A stretch of 64,000 nucleotides of DNA from a virus. A program made the translations under genes and the position numbers. The notes beneath the pieces are model-generated. The model was not told the origin of the DNA, made no database searches, and was given only the letters and a program-made list of their open reading frames with translations. How positions within the stretch are numbered: position 1 is the stretch's first letter; the number at the start of each line of letters is the position of its first letter. The stretch lies in IMG/VR virus record IMGVR_UViG_3300046009_011911, positions 1 to 64,000 of that record, one strand, 5' to 3'. Of the stretch, positions 1 through 9,335 are shown piece after piece.

Positions 1-433
1 GGATAATTTGGCTAAGGAATTTAATATATTAATGATTACGGCCAGTCAGCTTAATCGGAGTGCAGTAGAAGAAATTGAATTTGATCATAGTCATATTAGC
101 GGTGGTATCAGTAAGATTAATACTGCAGATAATGTATTTGGTATTTTCACTAGCCGAGCTATGCGTGAACGTGGACGTTATCAAATCCAGTTAATGAAAA
201 CACGTAGCAGTTCAGGTGTAGGGATGAAAGTAGACTTAGATTTTGATTTGGAAAGTCTACGTATTACTGATCCTGGGGAAGATGCTCAAGGCACTCCGGG
301 GACTGTTAAGCCACAGATCGGTAGTATTATGAGCTCGATTAAACCTAAAGTCTCTGCAGATGATGGCGCAAAAGTCGACGCAGAAATACAAAGCAACAAG
401 CTTAAGCAAATGCTGGCTGGACTGAAAAGATAA
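1..433 (+). CDS. DnaB/gp41-like SF4 replicative helicase, C-terminal part (truncated by window edge)
   Basis: ITASQLNRS, GGISKINTADNVFGI and QLMKTR motifs. Confidence 0.85.
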   Translation, partial: DNLAKEFNILMITASQLNRSAVEEIEFDHSHISGGISKINTADNVFGIFTSRAMRERGRYQIQLMKTRSSSGVGMKVDLDFDLESLRITDPGEDAQGTPGTVKPQIGSIMSSIKPKVSADDGAKVDAEIQSNKLKQMLAGLKR

Positions 434-437
434 AGCA

Positions 438-1562
438 ATGAAAAATTTATATTGTCCCATGATTCATTCAGGCCTGAATATTAACTTTAAAAATTCAGAT
501 AATAAACTGGCATTTAATCAATGCTGTTTGAGTTCGAGGCCTTTAACTTATGTAGAAGATCCTAAAACAATATGGCTGTCTAAAGACTTACAAGAATTAA
601 GAAAAAAGAATGATCAAAATCTTTGGGATGAAGGCTGTTGGGAATGTGAAAGATTAGAAAACGCAAATTATAAAAGTTTTCGACAAACCATGACTGAACG
701 ATTGGGCACTGAAAAGAGCACAAAAGGGCCTTCAAGAATAGATTTTTTATTTGATAGAAGTTGTAATTTGGCATGTATAAATTGTGGACCTCGACATAGT
801 ACATTCTGGCAGAAACATTTAAACGATAATAATTTGACATCATTTAAATTTGATAATAATTCGACCTATACTCAACTTGTGGATGTAGTTAATAATTTAG
901 ATTTATCCAACTTAACAACAATTCAGTTTTGTGGCGGCGAACCAATGATCAGTAATTCATATTGGAAAATATCAGAATTAATCGCAGGAAAAATACCCAA
1001 CGCTCATGAAAAATTAGATATGGCTATTAATACAAATGCCACACAATCTTTAAACGAAAAACATTTTCGGATTATTGAAAAATTTAGGTTAGTAAAATTT
1101 ATCATCAGTATAGATGGTACAAAAGATAAATTTGAATATTTACGTTGGCCTGCTAATTGGAATAAACTTATTGATAATCTAAAAAATTATAAAGAAACCC
1201 TTCCTGTGAATGTAATGTTCATGGTACAAGAAGTGATTAATCCCTTGAATTTGTATTATTTTGATGAAGTTAAACAATGGGTAGCACAAAACTTTTCTAG
1301 CAATAGATTGGGTGACGCAGTTGATTACAATTTTCAATTATCTATGCATGGTGACTTAAATGTTAACTTTATCACTGAAAAATATTATCAGAACCTAAAC
1401 AACGAAATAAAACCAGTGTTAAATGCTGACTGGAAAGAAAATCCTCAACAAATAAAAAGAATGATAGAATATTTGAACAAATTTGATAAACTTAGGAATC
1501 TGAGTTGGATCAAAACGTTTCCAGAAGTAGCAGAATTTTATTCTGATTATTTAACTAAATAA
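438..1562 (+). CDS. Radical SAM protein with N-terminal Cys-rich (SPASM/twitch-like) segment
   Basis: CNLACINC (CxxxCxxC), GGEP, ISIDG; N-terminal CP..CC..CxxC. Confidence 0.85.
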   Translation: MKNLYCPMIHSGLNINFKNSDNKLAFNQCCLSSRPLTYVEDPKTIWLSKDLQELRKKNDQNLWDEGCWECERLENANYKSFRQTMTERLGTEKSTKGPSRIDFLFDRSCNLACINCGPRHSTFWQKHLNDNNLTSFKFDNNSTYTQLVDVVNNLDLSNLTTIQFCGGEPMISNSYWKISELIAGKIPNAHEKLDMAINTNATQSLNEKHFRIIEKFRLVKFIISIDGTKDKFEYLRWPANWNKLIDNLKNYKETLPVNVMFMVQEVINPLNLYYFDEVKQWVAQNFSSNRLGDAVDYNFQLSMHGDLNVNFITEKYYQNLNNEIKPVLNADWKENPQQIKRMIEYLNKFDKLRNLSWIKTFPEVAEFYSDYLTK

Positions 1563-1587
1563 GCTTAATCTGTCCGGAGATTTCATT

Positions 1588-1839
1588 TTGTTGCGGAAAA
1601 CACGTAGTATATTAGATGAACTAGATTCATTGAGATTAATTAAAGATAAGCATAATCTAGTAGAATCTAAAGCTAGTCATCTAATACAAGGTACAATTAA
1701 TCTAATTAATTTCATTAAAGAAAACTACGATGCTGAACAAGCAGATGAATTAGAAAGACGGTTAATAAACAGTATTAGGTCTCAAGATTCTTCTAAATTT
1801 TCTCGAGGCTTAAAACGAATTACAAATGAAAGTAAATAG
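1588..1839 (+). CDS. Hypothetical phage protein
   Basis: ORF with GGAG SD and TAAATA at 1556. Confidence 0.7.
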   Translation: MLRKTRSILDELDSLRLIKDKHNLVESKASHLIQGTINLINFIKENYDAEQADELERRLINSIRSQDSSKFSRGLKRITNESK

Positions 1840-1856
1840 TATTCTTGGAATAAAAT

Positions 1857-3242
1857 ATGAAATTATTCGAGATTAAAAAACAAACTCCAAATTGGTTATT
1901 GCTGGAAGGTTCTGAAGATCAAGCCACACACTTAGAACATCTTGAAGATGAAATCTTCAATAAAGGATATTGGGGTGCGTTAGAAGCATTTAACTATGTA
2001 AACAGTGTCAGAGCTATGTTGGCTGTAGGAGAAGGAGAACCCAGTCAAGTTACAGTGAAATGGGATGGTGCACCTGCTATACATTGTGGAACTGACCCTG
2101 TTGATGGCAAATTTTTTGTTGGAACTAAAAGTGTATTTGCAAAAACAGAACCCAAACTGTGCAAAACACCAAAAGATATACAAAACTGGTACGGCGACGA
2201 GGGATTAGCAGTAAAACTACAATTATGTTTAAAGTATCTCCCAAAACTAGGCATCAGTGGTGTAATTAAAGGAGATTTGTTATTTATAAATCAAGATCTT
2301 GAGGAAATCACCATTGATGGTAAACCTATGTTAGCCTGTACGCCTAACACAATAACATATACAACTGATGCAAATAGTGAACTAGCAAAAAAATGGCGTA
2401 GAGCTAAATTGGGTATAATTTTCCATACTGTATACGATTGGGATCCTCCTTCTCAGGAAGAACTAGATGCAGGTGCTAAATCATTTGCAAATGTTCCTGA
2501 AATGAGAGCAAAGTTTGGATTCAGAGCTGCCGGACTAACGCAGAATGCTGATGTATGGTTTGATGACGCTTATTATAATGATTATACTGGAATAGCCAGC
2601 TTGACCCCAGAAGAAAATCAACGTATTATTTCTGGGCTGAATCAAGTAGCAGGCACTTTGACTAAAATCGATCCTAAAAAGTTTGACAAATTTTTAAGCC
2701 ATGAATTTGGAAAATATGTTAAACCTTTTATAAACAGTGTGGTAAAAAGTCCCACTCATGCAGTCAGTCCTGCAGGTACTAGTCAAGTTAATAACCCAAT
2801 AGAGTTTTTGAAAGACTTTATGGCTTATGTAAGAAATGTTAAAGAAAAAGAAATAGCAGGCATTCAACAAAAATCGCAAGATAAAAAAGACGCAGATCCC
2901 ACAAAACAAAAACCTGAACCTGTTGCTATACAAAATCGTAGAAAAGAAATAGACGACATGGAAAAATTTATTGCCGATAATTCTAATACATTATTAGGAA
3001 TATTAGCAGTATACAAAAAAGCTGTAGAATTAAAATTAGAATTGATACAAAAACTACAGCAAATTGAAGGTATTACTGGCACATTTATTAAAAGTGATAC
3101 GGGATACAAAGTTACTAAACCTGAAGGTTTTGTAGCAGTAGGTCATGATGGCAGTGCAGTAAAATTAGTAGACAGAATTGTGTTTAGTCGAGAGAATTTT
3201 CTTAAACCCAAAACTTGGCAAAAGCCTGCTACAACTAACTAA
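1857..3242 (+). CDS. DUF6267-like protein with ligase-type nucleotidyltransferase motifs
   Basis: HLEHLED, TVKWDGAP, KGDLL, EGFVA, VKLVDR. Confidence 0.65.
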   Translation: MKLFEIKKQTPNWLLLEGSEDQATHLEHLEDEIFNKGYWGALEAFNYVNSVRAMLAVGEGEPSQVTVKWDGAPAIHCGTDPVDGKFFVGTKSVFAKTEPKLCKTPKDIQNWYGDEGLAVKLQLCLKYLPKLGISGVIKGDLLFINQDLEEITIDGKPMLACTPNTITYTTDANSELAKKWRRAKLGIIFHTVYDWDPPSQEELDAGAKSFANVPEMRAKFGFRAAGLTQNADVWFDDAYYNDYTGIASLTPEENQRIISGLNQVAGTLTKIDPKKFDKFLSHEFGKYVKPFINSVVKSPTHAVSPAGTSQVNNPIEFLKDFMAYVRNVKEKEIAGIQQKSQDKKDADPTKQKPEPVAIQNRRKEIDDMEKFIADNSNTLLGILAVYKKAVELKLELIQKLQQIEGITGTFIKSDTGYKVTKPEGFVAVGHDGSAVKLVDRIVFSRENFLKPKTWQKPATTN

Positions 3243-3302
3243 TTTTGTCATTTGGATAAATAAAATTATGCGTTAATCGCAGATATTTAAAAGGAAACTA
3301 AA

Positions 3303-3695
3303 ATGGCAGTTTTTACACGTACAAATGGTAATGCACAAAACGTCGTAAGCGTTGGCAACATTGCATTAAGCACAGAAGCTTCTAGCTTAACTATTCCTAT
3401 CAGTACTGGTATTGGTAAGCCAATTCAGGCATTTGGTATTACTTCTAACGTTACTATGGCAACACAAATGGGCACAGGCGAAGCAGTTGAAGGTATTCTT
3501 CGTGTAGTTGGCGTCAATGCTACATTGCTAGCTTACCAAGTAAACACCACTTTACTAAGTGTTGTTATTGAAGAAAGCAGCTGGAATGCAACTGATTTAC
3601 AAGCTAACATTCGTGCTGCAAATGGTACAGTTGGTTCTTACAACCTAACAGGTGTAACAGTTACAGACGTTGGTCTAAAGTTAGCAACATCATAA
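3303..3695 (+). CDS. Probable virion structural/decoration protein
   Basis: Late motif TAAATA at 3257, strong SD, A/T/G/V-rich composition, followed by a terminator. Confidence 0.5.
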   Translation: MAVFTRTNGNAQNVVSVGNIALSTEASSLTIPISTGIGKPIQAFGITSNVTMATQMGTGEAVEGILRVVGVNATLLAYQVNTTLLSVVIEESSWNATDLQANIRAANGTVGSYNLTGVTVTDVGLKLATS

Positions 3696-3717
3696 TCATA
3701 ACACAACGTTATGATCC

Positions 3718-3745
3718 AAGGCAGCTTTTTAGCTGCCTTTTTTTT
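3718..3745 (+). terminator. Intrinsic terminator
   Basis: AAGGCAGCT-tttt-AGCTGCCTT followed by a T run. Confidence 0.85.
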
Positions 3746-3761
3746 ACCTATAAATATTGGC

Positions 3762-4187
3762 ATGAATACAATATTTGTAATGGCCACACTGATTGATATC
3801 ACTCAAACTCATGTTATCAGAGGCAATAACAAGCATCGTGATCAACAAAGAAACTGGGAAACAGTTTTACAAGTTTTAGGTTTGAAAACGCAACCACTAA
3901 TACTAGAAGGCCCAGTTAAAGTGAATGGTTTAGATTTTGAAAGACACACTGGATGGTTTGGGGATTTCTACCGAGATTTTCCTGGGATACATACATTTTG
4001 GGGTGTTAGATTTAGCAGCGAATTGGCTGATATTTATAATATAGAAAATCTTTATAAAGACTTCGAACAGGTCCCTATTGTCGCAGGGTTAGATGAAACA
4101 GTAAAATTTATGTTGCCAATATTTCACAGTTATGGGTCATTAAAAAACATTCATTTTATTGAAGCAGATGAACTAAATAATTATTGA
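3762..4187 (+). CDS. Hypothetical protein (start revised to ATG 3762)
   Basis: The longer ORF start overlaps the terminator; TATAAATA lies 5 nt before ATG 3762. Confidence 0.65.
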   Translation: MNTIFVMATLIDITQTHVIRGNNKHRDQQRNWETVLQVLGLKTQPLILEGPVKVNGLDFERHTGWFGDFYRDFPGIHTFWGVRFSSELADIYNIENLYKDFEQVPIVAGLDETVKFMLPIFHSYGSLKNIHFIEADELNNY

Positions 4188-4269
4188 TGCATGGCATTAT
4201 TAGGGTGTTCATTATGGCAAAACTAGGCATTTTCAAACGCATCTCGGTGTTAACAATAAGAGACAAGAT

Positions 4270-4536
4270 ATGGCCAATAACCCCACCAGCATCGAAAAAA
4301 TTAATTTAGAAGCTCATGTCGAGCTTTGTGCAGAGCGCTATGCTTCATTGGAACAAAAATTAAATCATTTAGACCGTCGATTATCCACACTAGAAGAGCA
4401 CATCGTTGAAATCAAAGACAGTGTCGCGAATAAATCAGGTGGCTTTAACAAACAACTTATTACCCTGGGAACAGGCATCATTGGTGCTATGTTTGCAGCT
4501 ATTATTACATTACTGATTCATTTAGCATCAAAATGA
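4270..4536 (+). CDS. Coiled-coil protein with C-terminal TM helix
   Basis: Heptad pattern and hydrophobic C-terminus. Confidence 0.65.
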   Translation: MANNPTSIEKINLEAHVELCAERYASLEQKLNHLDRRLSTLEEHIVEIKDSVANKSGGFNKQLITLGTGIIGAMFAAIITLLIHLASK

Positions 4537-4772
4537 AAATTATTGAATTAACTGAGCAATTAAAAATAGCCATAACAAACGAAGAAGCAGATTTGCTGAA
4601 ACGATTTGATGAAACTACACCTGCATTGGCAAAACGCGATTTAGATGAACGTGAACAGATTATGGCAAATCAATTAGTAAATAAATCTATATTAAAAAGA
4701 ACAAAAGATGAACAAGGTAGAATCAATTATAAAAGAAGAACTAGGGAAAACTCTAGTAGATCTAGCAATTAA
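4533..4772 (+). CDS. Hypothetical protein
   Basis: Coupled ORF (ATGA overlap). Confidence 0.65.
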   Translation: MKIIELTEQLKIAITNEEADLLKRFDETTPALAKRDLDEREQIMANQLVNKSILKRTKDEQGRINYKRRTRENSSRSSN

Positions 4773-5229
4773 AGAAATTAGAGGATGGGCTAAAAAAGAA
4801 CTTAATTACTTAAGGTATGCATTAAATATTCCGGTGGTGATTCCAGTCAATAATCAACATTATGTAATAGATGAATATACAATTTATATTACGGACGATT
4901 ATAATCACATAGTTAAAAAAGAAGGTAAGTTAATTCATAATTTCTTTAACAAAAAAGCAGCCATTATTTACATTGTATTAGAAAAAACAAGAAACTATTC
5001 CATGGCACAAGAATTAACAGAGCGAGATAAAATTGCAGGCAAAATGTTTAATGAATTTATGTTTTATTCGTCTAAACTTACAAGTGGCAGACCTCAAGAT
5101 ACATTTCAAAAAGAGCTTTGGATTTCTAGATATTTAGAATCCAAAGCTCAATACAGCCAATCTAAAAGAGAATTGGAAAAAACTATTTCAAATGCTAAAT
5201 ATATGAAAATCTGGGATAAGATATTATGA
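4708..5229 (+). CDS. Hypothetical protein
   Basis: ORF in operon. Confidence 0.6.
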   Translation: MNKVESIIKEELGKTLVDLAIKEIRGWAKKELNYLRYALNIPVVIPVNNQHYVIDEYTIYITDDYNHIVKKEGKLIHNFFNKKAAIIYIVLEKTRNYSMAQELTERDKIAGKMFNEFMFYSSKLTSGRPQDTFQKELWISRYLESKAQYSQSKRELEKTISNAKYMKIWDKIL

Positions 5230-5906
5230 ACTTAAAAGAACTTGCACCACAAAAAACCAAACGTCTTAATAAAGTTATCGAAAGTCGATTTGGTTTTCGT
5301 ATTGATTATGACAATCTTTCTTATGCAAAAGCACAAAGATTATATCATGCTTTAGAAGAAAGTTTGAATTATATTCGTAAAAGTTATGGAGCACATACTG
5401 CTGAGCGCAATCCAAAATACATGGAAATGCTCATGGTCAGAGAAAGTTTAGGTTCTTGGTTAGAAAATCAAACTTATCTAACAGAAGGTGAACTAGAAAC
5501 AGCCGAAGCAGTTTTAGCTGCCAAAGACATGGTTGATAGTGTTCAGGACATGATCACTGATGCTAGTAAAATGATGAATGAGGAATTACCTCCCTTAATT
5601 GATACTATCAAAGATCAAGTTGGCACAGCACAAGCTGACCAATTTAAGGGCACTGTGACTGCAGCGTTACAGTCATTGATGGACGCTTTAAACTCTGCTA
5701 GAGACGCATTAGATAATGGAGCAAGAGCACTGGCAGGAGAACCCATTGACACTGGCGCAGAAATGGGTAGTGTAATGGGTGCAACACCTCCCCCAATGCC
5801 TGGCACAAATTTACCTCCTCCTGAACTTGGGGATGGCGGCGATGAATTTGCCACAGCTGATGTTGCCGCGGGCGGTGATGAGGAAATGGGCAGAAAGCGT
5901 CGTTAA
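5226..5906 (+). CDS. Hypothetical protein, possibly head/scaffold related
   Basis: Acidic helical protein with LTEGE and a Pro-rich tail; coupled ORF. Confidence 0.6.
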   Translation: MNLKELAPQKTKRLNKVIESRFGFRIDYDNLSYAKAQRLYHALEESLNYIRKSYGAHTAERNPKYMEMLMVRESLGSWLENQTYLTEGELETAEAVLAAKDMVDSVQDMITDASKMMNEELPPLIDTIKDQVGTAQADQFKGTVTAALQSLMDALNSARDALDNGARALAGEPIDTGAEMGSVMGATPPPMPGTNLPPPELGDGGDEFATADVAAGGDEEMGRKRR

Positions 5907-6286
5907 TGCGAGCAACTGATTTCATTTGGGAAGATCTTAGCGACAGTTATAATAGTCGAGTGGCTGATATTGTCACAGTCTTAGCCCTTCTTCATAAAAG
6001 AGTAATGGATGACGAAATTCCATCCGAACTGCCAACAGCCATGATTTTACGATATATTCGTAATACTGGTCTTACTAATATAGAATATCAGGATTTAATC
6101 GATGCCAATGAACAAGATTCTGCCATGAAGGAATTGTTGGCAAATATAACCCCCGAAAAAATCAAATTTAAAACTGAAATACAAACCACAGCAAACAATC
6201 CAGATGAAGTTAAATCTGCAGCCGAAAATCCAGAAGAAAAAGTAAGCAAAATGGCTGACCGTGCTCTAAAACGTAGACAAAAGTAA
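5906..6286 (+). CDS. Hypothetical protein
   Basis: TAATG overlap with the previous gene. Confidence 0.65.
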   Translation: MRATDFIWEDLSDSYNSRVADIVTVLALLHKRVMDDEIPSELPTAMILRYIRNTGLTNIEYQDLIDANEQDSAMKELLANITPEKIKFKTEIQTTANNPDEVKSAAENPEEKVSKMADRALKRRQK

Positions 6287-6328
6287 CTTCTTAAACTCAC
6301 AAATCGGAGCCCCGACATAAATATTTGT

Positions 6329-6940
6329 ATGAAACACAAATATGGAGTCACGAAAAATTGTAAGTTTTGCGGAAACTTATTTTCTACTAGACCCAGATTT
6401 TTATTATTTTGTTCTACCGTTTGTAAGAATCCTCTAAATAGGGGTGAATATGAACCCTGGAATAAAGGAATAAAACTTTCAACAGAACAAAAATCTAAAC
6501 AAAACTTGTCAGGTTTAAAAAAAGGACATGGGTGGAATAAAGGAAAGAAAAATGTGTTACAGAGTATACGGTGGAAAGAAAATAATCCAAATGCTGACGG
6601 TAAACTCAATAATTTAAGACCAAAAAAATCTGATTCAGTTAGAACTGAATTTCAAATATATAAAAGTGAAGTAAGAAAAACAACTTATCGAACAATAAAA
6701 AAGTTAAAAGCAGACGGGCATTTTTTACCAAAATTTGGCAAATACAAAACAGATTATCAAATTGATCATATAGTCTCTATTAAACAAGGATTTGAATTAG
6801 GTATACCTGCTGCTTTACTAGGCGACATAAAGAATATACAATTTTTAAAAGCACACGACAATAGAGCCAAATGGCATGCTAATCAGTCTATGGCATTTAT
6901 TAGAATAATAAAAGGAAAATATTATGGCATACAGCAGTAA
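6329..6940 (+). CDS. Free-standing HNH homing endonuclease (Zn finger and NUMOD3-like WNKG repeats)
   Basis: CKFC..FCSTVC, PWNKG/GWNKG, QIDHIVS..NIQFL..HDNRAK; very basic protein. Confidence 0.75.
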   Translation: MKHKYGVTKNCKFCGNLFSTRPRFLLFCSTVCKNPLNRGEYEPWNKGIKLSTEQKSKQNLSGLKKGHGWNKGKKNVLQSIRWKENNPNADGKLNNLRPKKSDSVRTEFQIYKSEVRKTTYRTIKKLKADGHFLPKFGKYKTDYQIDHIVSIKQGFELGIPAALLGDIKNIQFLKAHDNRAKWHANQSMAFIRIIKGKYYGIQQ

Positions 6941-7319
6941 AGTGATTAATCACTTTGAAAACCCTAGAAATGTAGGAAGTTTCGATAAAGGAGAAGCGCA
7001 CGTTGGGACCGGTATAGTCGGTGCCCCAGCGTGCGGTTAGATAGGCGATGTAATGAAACTTCAAATTAAAGTACAAGATGGTGTTATTACTGATGCAAGA
7101 TTCAAGACCTATGGTTGTGGTTCGGCGATTGCGTCAAGTTCGTTAGTCACTGAATGGGTTAAAGGTAAATCGCTAGATGAAGCAGGACAGATTAAAAATG
7201 TCCAAATTGCTGAAGAACTTGCCCTACCTCCTGTTAAGATTCATTGTTCAATACTTGCTGAAGATGCTATCAAAGCAGCAATAGCAGATTACAAACAAAA
7301 AAATGATTCAATTAACTGA
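6924..7319 (+). CDS. iscU: Fe-S scaffold IscU interrupted by a 9-nt insert with in-frame TAG (7038-7040); recoded or split gene
   Basis: SD AAGGA; [49 protein letters not shown]. Confidence 0.9.
6997..7035 (+). promoter_or_regulatory. GC-rich mRNA hairpin ending at the putative take-off codon of iscU
   Basis: CGCACGTTGGG/CCCAGCGTGCG (11 bp) plus ACCGG/TCGGT (5 bp), 2-nt bulge, 5-nt loop. Confidence 0.65.
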
Positions 7320-7623
7320 TATTGCAGCTGAAAAAATTAAATTAAACCTTAATAAACGCGGTAAAGGCATCGGATTAAGAGTGGGTGTGAAAACTACTGG
7401 ATGCAGTGGTTTAGCATACGTATTAGAATTTGTCGATGAACCTCAGTCTGAAGATCAATGTTACAATTTGAAAAATTGTAAAATTTTTATTGACCCAAAA
7501 AGTAGTGTTTATCTCACAGGGCTAGAAATTGATTGGGTTAAAAAAGGTTTGAATGAAGGTTTCGAGTTTATAAATCCAAATGAACGTGACCGTTGCGGTT
7601 GCGGAGAGAGTTTCAGAGTTTAA
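7303..7623 (+). CDS. iscA: Fe-S carrier IscA
   Basis: TGCSGLAY and RCGCGESF. Confidence 0.95.
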   Translation: MIQLTDIAAEKIKLNLNKRGKGIGLRVGVKTTGCSGLAYVLEFVDEPQSEDQCYNLKNCKIFIDPKSSVYLTGLEIDWVKKGLNEGFEFINPNERDRCGCGESFRV

Positions 7624-8307
7624 ATGTTACTACAAAAATTTGAATATAAAGCTGTTGATAGAACTACAGTTAATGGTAAACGGCATTATTGTCTGCCAGA
7701 CGGAACTAAAGTTCCCAGTGTTACTACAATCTTAGACGCAACCAAGCCCGAGGAAAAGAAAAAGGCACTAGCAGATTGGAAACGCAGAGTAGGAACTGCA
7801 CAAGCACAACAAATTAGTACCGAAGCTAGTAGTCGAGGCACCAGAATGCACAAGTGGTTAGAAACTTATGTTAAGGAAGGTGAAATTGGTATGCCAGGAA
7901 CCAACCCTTTCAGCCAGCAAAGTCACAGCATGGCCAATGTGATAATTTTTGAAGGATTGGCTAAAAACATCACAGAGTTTTGGGGTGTAGAAGTTCCTGT
8001 CTATTACAGTGGATTATATGCGGGTACAACTGATTGTATTGGAGTTTGGAAAAATCGTGCTGCAATTTTAGATTTCAAGCAAACCAATAAGCCAAAGAAA
8101 AAAGAATGGATCGACGATTACTTTATTCAATTGGCTGCATATGCCATGGCACATAACAATACATATAACACTAATATCAATACTGGGGTAATATTGATGT
8201 GCAGTGCAGATAATCAGTACCAAGAATTCGAAATTAAGGAAACTGAATTTGAACACTGGACAGACCAATGGTTACGCAGGGTAGAACAATATTATGTTAC
8301 AAGCTAA
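7624..8307 (+). CDS. PD-(D/E)xK exonuclease
   Basis: PSVTTIL, GTRMH, AGTTD, DFKQ, QLAAY. Confidence 0.85.
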   Translation: MLLQKFEYKAVDRTTVNGKRHYCLPDGTKVPSVTTILDATKPEEKKKALADWKRRVGTAQAQQISTEASSRGTRMHKWLETYVKEGEIGMPGTNPFSQQSHSMANVIIFEGLAKNITEFWGVEVPVYYSGLYAGTTDCIGVWKNRAAILDFKQTNKPKKKEWIDDYFIQLAAYAMAHNNTYNTNINTGVILMCSADNQYQEFEIKETEFEHWTDQWLRRVEQYYVTS

Positions 8308-8331
8308 ATATACAAAACTGGATATTTAAGT

Positions 8332-8871
8332 ATGGCTATTGTACAAATTTCTCAAGTAAAACATAGACATGGTGTTCAAACAGATTTACCCCAACTGGCT
8401 ACTGCTGAGTTAGGTTGGAGCGTTGATACTAGAAAATTATACATTGGTAATGGTACCTTATCCGAAGGTGCTCCAGAAATCGGCAACACAGAAATCTTAA
8501 CAGAACACAGTAACATACCAGGCTATACTGTTTATACTCAGGCTATCAGTGCTAACACTACAGCAAATTTAGCTTCTGGTATTGTAGATTATAATAAACC
8601 AGCCATTTATGTTCAGTACGCAGCAACAAGAGATATTGGTACTAGAGTTGGGTGGATTAAAATAGCTAGGAATTTGGCTAACGCTGCAAGTTATAGTATT
8701 GATGAAGAATACACCGAAACCGATGGGGTCACAGCGGTGGGGTTAACGTGGGAAGCCATTGGTGTTGGGGGTGGTGGTCCAGGTAGCTATGTTCAGTTAG
8801 TTGCTAATTTGGATAACAGCACTGCCTTTGCAGCTAATATTCAGTACACAATCAGCACATTATCATTCTAA
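8332..8871 (+). CDS. Virion protein with Mtd-N/hyaluronidase-like N-terminal domain
   Basis: LATAELGWSVDTRKLYIGNG; TAAATA at 8305. Confidence 0.6.
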   Translation: MAIVQISQVKHRHGVQTDLPQLATAELGWSVDTRKLYIGNGTLSEGAPEIGNTEILTEHSNIPGYTVYTQAISANTTANLASGIVDYNKPAIYVQYAATRDIGTRVGWIKIARNLANAASYSIDEEYTETDGVTAVGLTWEAIGVGGGGPGSYVQLVANLDNSTAFAANIQYTISTLSF

Positions 8872-8874
8872 AAC

Positions 8875-9321
8875 ATGTGGAATTTAAACCCAAGCGAACG
8901 GCTTCGCTTTTGGTATGATTTTCGACAAAAACTTAATCTTATACCTTTAGACCAAGCAATAAAGGACACCACACATCTTTGGTCATATGCACCATTCGTA
9001 AAACATTATTTACATTATCATGATGTAATTAATTGGCCCAGCCCATGGGATTTGGTCTACGAAAACACCTATTGTGATCTTGCAAAAGCTCTTGGAATGT
9101 TATATACTTTACATCTTTGTAATCATCGACCTGAGATGGAAATAAGAATATATAATGATATTTCAACCAAGGAACAGTATAATTTAGTTTGGATTGAAAA
9201 AGGAAAATATGTTATTAATTATGTGTTTGATGACATCGTAAATAAACAACAAATTGAAAAAAATTTAAAATTAATTAAAACTATCACAGTCGACGACTTA
9301 GCAGTAACAAAATTAGAATAA
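8875..9321 (+). CDS. Hypothetical protein
   Basis: ORF in operon. Confidence 0.65.
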   Translation: MWNLNPSERLRFWYDFRQKLNLIPLDQAIKDTTHLWSYAPFVKHYLHYHDVINWPSPWDLVYENTYCDLAKALGMLYTLHLCNHRPEMEIRIYNDISTKEQYNLVWIEKGKYVINYVFDDIVNKQQIEKNLKLIKTITVDDLAVTKLE

Positions 9322-9335
9322 AAAGAGAACGATCA

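Noticed and set aside
7038-7040. Genome-wide TAG reassignment (alternative genetic code)
   Set aside because: Long conserved genes (nrdA, nrdB, cyclase, pstS) are intact under the standard code, TAG ends ordinary ORFs (1839, 46049), and readthrough would leave 3 extra residues in the CGD motif.
7035-7046. Self-splicing intron in iscU
   Set aside because: 9 nt cannot hold a group I/II core, and no register gives the U|...G boundaries. Protein-mediated excision cannot be excluded without RT-PCR.
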